Shown here one piece after another: positions 33,606 through 38,649 of a DNA stretch of 38,649 nucleotides; positions within the stretch are counted from its first letter, which is position 1; each line of letters starts with the position of its first letter. The DNA is from Acidobacteriota bacterium (GTDB lineage Bacteria > Acidobacteriota > Blastocatellia > RBC074): the NCBI GenBank assembly GCA_031414155.1, contig JANNUY010000064.1:1-38649 (forward strand), given 5' to 3'. The notes beneath the pieces were generated by a model. It was not told the origin of the DNA, made no database searches, and saw nothing but the letters and a program-made list of their open reading frames with translations. Both the position numbers and the translations under genes were made by a program.

Positions 33606-36560
33606 TTATTGCCCGCGTACCACACCGCGTCCGACTGAAATGGCTTGATCGCCTTTGATGATTTTTTCGGCGACGCGCTTGAAATCAGAGCGGCGAATGT
33701 TACGTAGCAAGTCAGGTTGGTTTTCCGCTTCCAACGGTTTGCGTCCGGCGATGATGAGGCGCGTGTATTCGTGCGCGCGCGCCTGTTGGGTTTGCAGCGC
33801 AATCGCGTAGCTACCGATAGACAGGTTGCGTCCGCGCGTGAACTCTTCGTCAGTGGGCAGCGTCGTCGTCAGGCGCGTGAACTCAGAGAGCAGGCTCTCT
33901 CGCACTTTGGTTTCGTCAGCAGCACCGGTTGTAGCGAGTGCGTAAAAGGCTCCTGAAGCCAGCCGATTGTCAGTGATGAATTGCAATGCCGCCGGTTGTT
34001 GAGTACGCAAGTCGTCGTTGATTTTGCCCGACGAATTCATGGCACTGAGCATTCCCAACACGAGCGTTTCATTGGTGTCCAAGTTAGGCGCGCGATAACC
34101 GATAGCTTGCGTCGTCAAAGGACGCGCGCGCGTTTCGACTTGTTCTTGCGGCGGTTGCGTCAACGCGGGCAAGTTCGCCTTGATGGTTTTGTCGAGTTCG
34201 CCCGGGCGCTTGAATCCGTCGCCGAAAATGCGCGAGACCAACGCCGACCCATCGGTATCACCCACCAACATCACCAGCGGAAATTGCCGCTTGATAGATT
34301 GCGCGTACCACGCTTCGAGTTTTTCTACGGTGACGGCTTTGACTGATTCAGGCGTACCCAAACGCGGCAGCCCGTAAGGATGTCCGCCGGGATACAACGA
34401 AGCCCACATCAATTCGACCGCGCGTGCCGGAGCGTTGTCGCGTTGTTTGAGTTGTTCGGCCAGCACGGCTTCGCGTTCGCGCGCGAGTTCGGGTTTGTCG
34501 AAGTAAGGATTTTCGGCGATGTCGAGCAACAGTTTGACGGCGGCTTCGGCGTTGCGCGACAGCACGTCCAGCGTGAAACCAAAATAGTCAGGCTCGTTCA
34601 CCGCTTGAATGTCGCCGCCATAACTTTCGAGTTCGAGCGCAATCAAATCGCCTTTGCGCGCGGCAGTGCTGCGCAACATCGAACGCACCATCAACTCGGT
34701 GATGCCACCGTTCGCGGGTTCTTCGACGAGGCGACCGCCCATAAAAAATACGCCAATCGTCAGCTTGGGCAACGAACGGTCTTCGCGCACGAAAGCCCGC
34801 GCGCCGCGTAGCACCGAAAAATCTTTGATCGGCAGCGGCGACTCGGCGACCAGAATGTTGCGGCCTTCGGTGACGCTGCCGCGTTCTTCGCCTTGCTTGA
34901 AAGTACGCAATGTGACGGCGGGTTTGATCTCACTGGCATTGAGCGATTGCCCTAACGAAGGCGCGAATGTAATCGCAAGCTCTGAGAATTTTTCCGCCGT
35001 GAACGTACGCGTTTGCGCATTGACCGGTTCGTATTCATGCACCGTCACGTTCGCCAGCGTCAGGTATTTCGCCGCTGCCTGCTGAACGTCTTGCGCCGTC
35101 ACGGCGCGCGTGCGTTCAACCAAAGAATCAAGCGGCGCGTAATCGCCCAGCCGCGTGTAATAACGTCCGATGCTGACGGCTTCGTCTTCCATGCGCGTGA
35201 GGCTGTCGAAATATCTTTTTTCCATCATTGCTTTGGCGCGCGCGAGTTCGCCTTCGCTCAACAACTCGCGTTTGAACTTTTCGAGTTCGCGGAAGGCGTC
35301 GGCTTCGATGCGATCAATGCGGCCCGGCTCGCCGCGCAATTGCAACGTGAACAATCCTACACCGGGAAAAGCCAATACCTGCACGGCTGATTCCGTCGCC
35401 AGGCCCGAACGTTCGGGCAACATTTGCGCCAGCCGCGAACCGCGTCCCAAACCCAACACCGCCCCCATCACTTCAAGCACGGCTTGTTCTTTCAAGCCCG
35501 TCACCGTGCGCGTCAATGTCGGTACGCGATAGGCCAACGTCACCAATGTCTGGCTAACGTCAGCGCGCGTATTGCCATAACGCAGCTTGTCTTGCGGTGC
35601 TTCATCCAACGAATTGACTTGCGGCGTCGGTGCAGGCATCGGTGTTGGAGCAACAACCGTCGTCGGTTTGCGCGTACCCGCAACAGGTGGTTTCGGCGCG
35701 GGCGTAGCCGCTGGAGTTGGCGTCGGAGTTGGCGGCGCGGGTTTTACCATATTGCCGAACGTGAGTTGCAACTCGCCTACGGCCTTGAGTGCGAATACGT
35801 CACCGACCAGCGTGATGACGATGTTTTGCGGTTGGTAATGCGTACGCCAAAACGCCATCACCTGTTCGCGCGTGACGTTGTTCAAAAAGTTTTCGTTGAC
35901 CGACATGCCGCGCTTCAACCGATGCGTCGTGAAGGCTGCCGTCAACATACGATCAAGCGCATAAGCCGAAGCCGATTCCGAAGGCCGCTGGCTGTCAGCC
36001 AACAGTTTGCTCGCCGTGTTTTTGATTTCGTTCGCGTCAAACAGCGGATTCATCAATACGTCAGCCAGCAAAGTAGCCATCCCCGTCAAACTTTCTGCCG
36101 GAGCAATTAACGTAAAAGCCGTCTGGTCATAAGTCGTCTCGACTTTGAGCATGCCGCCCAAACTGGCGGCTTCGCGTTCGATCACGCCCAGCGCGCGCGT
36201 CGCAGTGCCTTTGAGTAACAGTCGTTGAACAAGTTGTGCGATGCCTGCCTGTTCGTCGGTTTCGCTTAACGCACCGACCTTGACGGTGACGTTCATCGCC
36301 AACAGCGGAATCGCGTGGCGTTCGCGGATCAATACGGTCAAGCCGTTTTTCATCAGGTAACGAGTGGTCGCGCCGTCTACGTCTTGGCGCATCAACTTGC
36401 CGCTGTCGGGCGCATTCAACACCGTCGTAGGAATCACAGACGAAGGCTTCGGCGGTTGCACAGGCTTGGGCGCTTGCGTACCGCGTCCACTTTGCGCAAA
36501 CGAAACCGGCGCGGCAAAAAATTGAAAAACGATGATGAGTGCGATCAGTTGGCGACGCAT
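33606..36560 (-). CDS. secreted two-module M16 (pitrilysin/insulinase) family protein; both modules lack the HxxEH zinc motif
   Basis: Signal peptide MRRQLIALIIVFQFFAAPVSFAQ. Two M16 N-domain-like starts are present: LKNGLTVLIRERHAIPLLAMNVTVKVGALSE..GIAQLVQRLLLKGT and PKLTIGVFFMGGRLVEE..GITELMVRSMLRST. A Pro/Thr/Ala-rich insert is PAPPTPTPTPAATPAPKPP. Confidence 0.8.
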   Translation of the reverse strand: MRRQLIALIIVFQFFAAPVSFAQSGRGTQAPKPVQPPKPSSVIPTTVLNAPDSGKLMRQDVDGATTRYLMKNGLTVLIRERHAIPLLAMNVTVKVGALSETDEQAGIAQLVQRLLLKGTATRALGVIEREAASLGGMLKVETTYDQTAFTLIAPAESLTGMATLLADVLMNPLFDANEIKNTASKLLADSQRPSESASAYALDRMLTAAFTTHRLKRGMSVNENFLNNVTREQVMAFWRTHYQPQNIVITLVGDVFALKAVGELQLTFGNMVKPAPPTPTPTPAATPAPKPPVAGTRKPTTVVAPTPMPAPTPQVNSLDEAPQDKLRYGNTRADVSQTLVTLAYRVPTLTRTVTGLKEQAVLEVMGAVLGLGRGSRLAQMLPERSGLATESAVQVLAFPGVGLFTLQLRGEPGRIDRIEADAFRELEKFKRELLSEGELARAKAMMEKRYFDSLTRMEDEAVSIGRYYTRLGDYAPLDSLVERTRAVTAQDVQQAAAKYLTLANVTVHEYEPVNAQTRTFTAEKFSELAITFAPSLGQSLNASEIKPAVTLRTFKQGEERGSVTEGRNILVAESPLPIKDFSVLRGARAFVREDRSLPKLTIGVFFMGGRLVEEPANGGITELMVRSMLRSTAARKGDLIALELESYGGDIQAVNEPDYFGFTLDVLSRNAEAAVKLLLDIAENPYFDKPELAREREAVLAEQLKQRDNAPARAVELMWASLYPGGHPYGLPRLGTPESVKAVTVEKLEAWYAQSIKRQFPLVMLVGDTDGSALVSRIFGDGFKRPGELDKTIKANLPALTQPPQEQVETRARPLTTQAIGYRAPNLDTNETLVLGMLSAMNSSGKINDDLRTQQPAALQFITDNRLASGAFYALATTGAADETKVRESLLSEFTRLTTTLPTDEEFTRGRNLSIGSYAIALQTQQARAHEYTRLIIAGRKPLEAENQPDLLRNIRRSDFKRVAEKIIKGDQAISVGRGVVRGQ

Positions 36561-36671
36561 TGCTTTGTCCTTGAATTAACGATGGAGGATTTGTCCGCAG
36601 TTATGAACGCGCCGTGTGAGCAACGCTTGCTCAATTTAACACATCCCGCGTCGAGGCCAAGCTGGTCATGC

Positions 36672-36706
36672 CATTCCAGCATTCACAGGAAATGAATGCT
36701 GGAATG
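36672..36706. promoter_or_regulatory. 14-bp perfect palindrome with a 7-nt spacer upstream of nadA, overlapping a possible -35; TACAAT (-10-like) at 36722..36727
   Basis: cattccagcattca-caggaaa-tgaatgctggaatg. It lies 73 nt upstream of the nadA ATG in the divergent M16/nadA intergenic region. Confidence 0.35.
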
Positions 36707-36778
36707 TGCGGGCGTGTTTGTTACAATCGAACTAAGCATCCGCTAAATAATTTATTGATCGCAATCACAGGAGCATTT

Positions 36779-37915
36779 ATGAGCAGCACCGTTGCCAGTC
36801 CCGCCCAAACACCGCAGGTGAAATTGAATCCCGGCGGCGTTAAAAAGATTCAAGACTATCTCACGCTTAGTGAGCAAGAACTCAGCCAGCGCATCGAACA
36901 AGCGCGCCAGCAACTCGGCGACCGCGTAGTCATTCTAGGCCATCATTACCAGCGCGATGACGTCATCGCGCACGCCGATTTCACGGGCGATTCGTTCGGG
37001 TTGGCGCAACAGGCCAAGACGCGCCCAAAGGCCGATTACATCATTTTTGCGGGCGTACATTTCATGGCCGAGTCCGCTGACATTCTGAGCGGCGCGCATC
37101 AAAAAGTGATTTTGCCTGATCTGGCGGCGGGCTGTTCGATGGCGGACATGGCACAAGTCGAACAGGTCGAATCGGCATGGGAGCAACTCGCTGACCTGGG
37201 CGTCACGTCGTTGTTGCCGATCACTTATATGAACTCGTCTGCCGCAATCAAAGCCTTTTGCGGCCAGCGCGACGGCGTCGTATGCACTTCGTCGAACGCC
37301 GTGCCGCTCTTTGATTGGGCGCTCAAACAGCGCGACAAACTTTTCTTCTTTCCCGACGAACACCTCGGACGCAACACCGGCGTAAAGTTCGGCATTGGTC
37401 TGGATGAGATGGCGGTGTGGGACCCGCGCTTGCCCTTAGGCGGCAACACGGTTGAGCAAGCGCAAAAAGCGCGCCTGTTTTTATGGAAAGGATTTTGTTC
37501 AGTTCACGGACGCTTTTTGCCACGCCACGTTGACGACCGTCGCGCCGAACATCCAGACATCAAGGTTTTGGTGCATCCCGAATGCAAGTATGAAGTCGTC
37601 GTCAAGTCAGACCTGCACGGCTCGACCGAATACATCATCAAGACGATCAAAGAGGCTCCCGCTGGAAGCAAGTGGGCCGTCGGCACCGAACTCAATCTCG
37701 TCAACCGGTTAGCAAAACAAAATCCTGATAAGTTCGTCACGCTGCTCGCGCCTGACCTGTGCATGTGCGCGACGATGTTTCGCATCTCGCCCGAAAACCT
37801 GCTCTGGTCGCTCGAAAACCTCATCGCCGGACACGTCGTCAATCAAATCAAAGTGGATGAAGAAACGGCTAAGTGGGCGTTAGTTGCGCTCGACCGGATG
37901 CTCGAATTGCAATAA
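36779..37915 (+). CDS. nadA: quinolinate synthase NadA
   Basis: AGGAG lies upstream of ATG 36779. VVILGHHYQRDDVIAHADFTGDSFGLA...FAGVHFMAESADIL...CSMADMA...VCTSSNA...CSVHGRF...VLVHPEC...GTE...CMCATM are NadA conserved blocks with the cluster-binding Cys residues. Confidence 0.9.
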   Translation: MSSTVASPAQTPQVKLNPGGVKKIQDYLTLSEQELSQRIEQARQQLGDRVVILGHHYQRDDVIAHADFTGDSFGLAQQAKTRPKADYIIFAGVHFMAESADILSGAHQKVILPDLAAGCSMADMAQVEQVESAWEQLADLGVTSLLPITYMNSSAAIKAFCGQRDGVVCTSSNAVPLFDWALKQRDKLFFFPDEHLGRNTGVKFGIGLDEMAVWDPRLPLGGNTVEQAQKARLFLWKGFCSVHGRFLPRHVDDRRAEHPDIKVLVHPECKYEVVVKSDLHGSTEYIIKTIKEAPAGSKWAVGTELNLVNRLAKQNPDKFVTLLAPDLCMCATMFRISPENLLWSLENLIAGHVVNQIKVDEETAKWALVALDRMLELQ

Positions 37916-37922
37916 AGATTTA

Positions 37923-37982
37923 CCCACGAAGCTACACGAAAATTGGTTAAGGCTTTGTGTCTTCTTCGTGTAGCTTCGTGGG
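37923..37982. repeat. 18-bp perfect palindrome (REP-like hairpin / terminator) between convergent nadA and the Rieske gene; related to 27554..27633
   Basis: cccacgaagctacacgaa (37923..37940) pairs with ttcgtgtagcttcgtggg (37965..37982), with a 24-nt loop beginning aattggtt. Confidence 0.75.
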
Positions 37983-38000
37983 CAGAATTGTCGGCGCAGA

Positions 38001-38321
38001 CTAGACGCGCACAAAAATATCCTCGCCTTCGACTTTGACCTCATACGTCGAGATTTTCATGCCCGGCGCGGTTTCGCTCGCGCCTGTCAGCAAACAAAAA
38101 TCGAACAAGTGAAAAGGGCATAAAACCTTCGTGCCAGAAGGGTCGAGAAAGCCTTCGCCCAGCGAAGCGCCGCGATGCGGGCAAAAGTCATTGACCGCGC
38201 GATAGGTTCCGTCAACGTTGAACAAGGCGATGTCTTGTCCGCCTGCTTCTACGGTTTTGCCCGTGCGCGGCGAAATCTCATTCACAGTGGCGACGCGATA
38301 AAATTGTGGTTCGTTATTCAT
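38001..38321 (-). CDS. small Rieske [2Fe-2S] protein (NirD-like / Rieske ferredoxin)
   Basis: CPHRG-x18-CPFH is the Rieske cluster motif. The protein is 106 aa. Confidence 0.8.
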   Translation of the reverse strand: MNNEPQFYRVATVNEISPRTGKTVEAGGQDIALFNVDGTYRAVNDFCPHRGASLGEGFLDPSGTKVLCPFHLFDFCLLTGASETAPGMKISTYEVKVEGEDIFVRV

Positions 38322-38391
38322 AGGCCGGGCGATTATACCGCGTGGTAGACGGTCTTTTCAGCCGGTGCTAAAGTGCCGCGATTTCAAGGCT

Positions 38392-38649
38392 ATGGCAAAT
38401 TCCAACGCAAAAATGGTAGCGGCGCTTTTCACTGAAAACGAAGTGTTGAGCGTGAGCGATCTCAACGAGCAAATTAAAGAATTGCTCGAAAGGGAATTCT
38501 TTGCCGTTACCGTGCAAGGCGAAATTTCCAATTTCAAAAAGCATACGTCGGGGCATTGGTACTTCACGCTTAAAGACCAGAACTCGCAATTGCGCGGCGT
38601 ATTCTTTCGCCAATGGAATCGCCTGTTGCGCTTCGAGCCGGAAAACGGA
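38392..38649 (+). CDS. xseA: exodeoxyribonuclease VII large subunit XseA, N-terminal part (continues past the right edge)
   Basis: Absent from the track because there is no stop in the window. Hand translation gives [86 protein letters not shown], the XseA OB-fold N-terminus ([16 protein letters not shown]). The alternative start is ATG 38413. Confidence 0.8.
   Translation, partial: MANSNAKMVAALFTENEVLSVSDLNEQIKELLEREFFAVTVQGEISNFKKHTSGHWYFTLKDQNSQLRGVFFRQWNRLLRFEPENG

Noticed and set aside
35424-36110. 228-aa plus-strand ORF and other plus-strand ORFs across 33717..36695
   Set aside because: They are antisense to the M16 gene. Their Arg-rich low-complexity composition is typical of reverse frames of GC-rich genes.
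27554-37982. Whether the long palindromes constitute a CRISPR array
   Set aside because: They are single, widely separated hairpins between convergent genes. They are not direct repeats interspersed with spacers, and no cas genes are present.

Overview
This is a chromosomal window with mostly minus-strand genes and moderately high GC (judged by eye, not computed). The gene content fits an Acidobacteriota-like soil bacterium. That is an inference from a 1277-aa CarboxypepD_reg/TonB-dependent receptor, PEGA and FGE-sulfatase-domain proteins, and many PIN toxin-antitoxin (TA) modules.

Recognisable housekeeping genes are phoD (5' part, left edge), mnmA, thiL, nadA, xseA (5' part, right edge), cofD and cofE (F420 biosynthesis), a membrane H+-pyrophosphatase, a two-module M16 peptidase-like protein, and a MacB/LolCDE-like ABC operon with LolA-like proteins. 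Accessory content includes three PIN (VapC-like) TA modules, one of which has a tandemly duplicated antitoxin. It also includes three VOC/glyoxalase-fold genes, an orphan CbbQ/NorQ AAA+ ATPase, two adjacent membrane-anchored FGE-like proteins, a radical SAM protein with a Cys-rich C-terminus, and several hypothetical genes. I found no rRNA, tRNA, CRISPR array, transposase or integrase.

Points worth a second look:
- hppA is split by a single in-frame TAG in its conserved core.
- An uncharacterised two-gene cassette (4-TM protein plus soluble protein) sits inside the VOC gene cluster.
- The 984-aa M16 protein lacks HxxEH in both halves.
- A family of long perfect palindromes (REP-like) lies between convergent genes.
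- A 111-bp element is bounded by 21-nt inverted repeats.
- A tandemly duplicated antitoxin pair precedes one PIN toxin.
- The paired FGE-like proteins lack catalytic cysteines, and one has an internal deletion.

No single locus can be shown from sequence alone to be a new biological system. The candidates are ranked by interest score. All functional calls come from motif recognition in the translated ORFs, and no database search was run.
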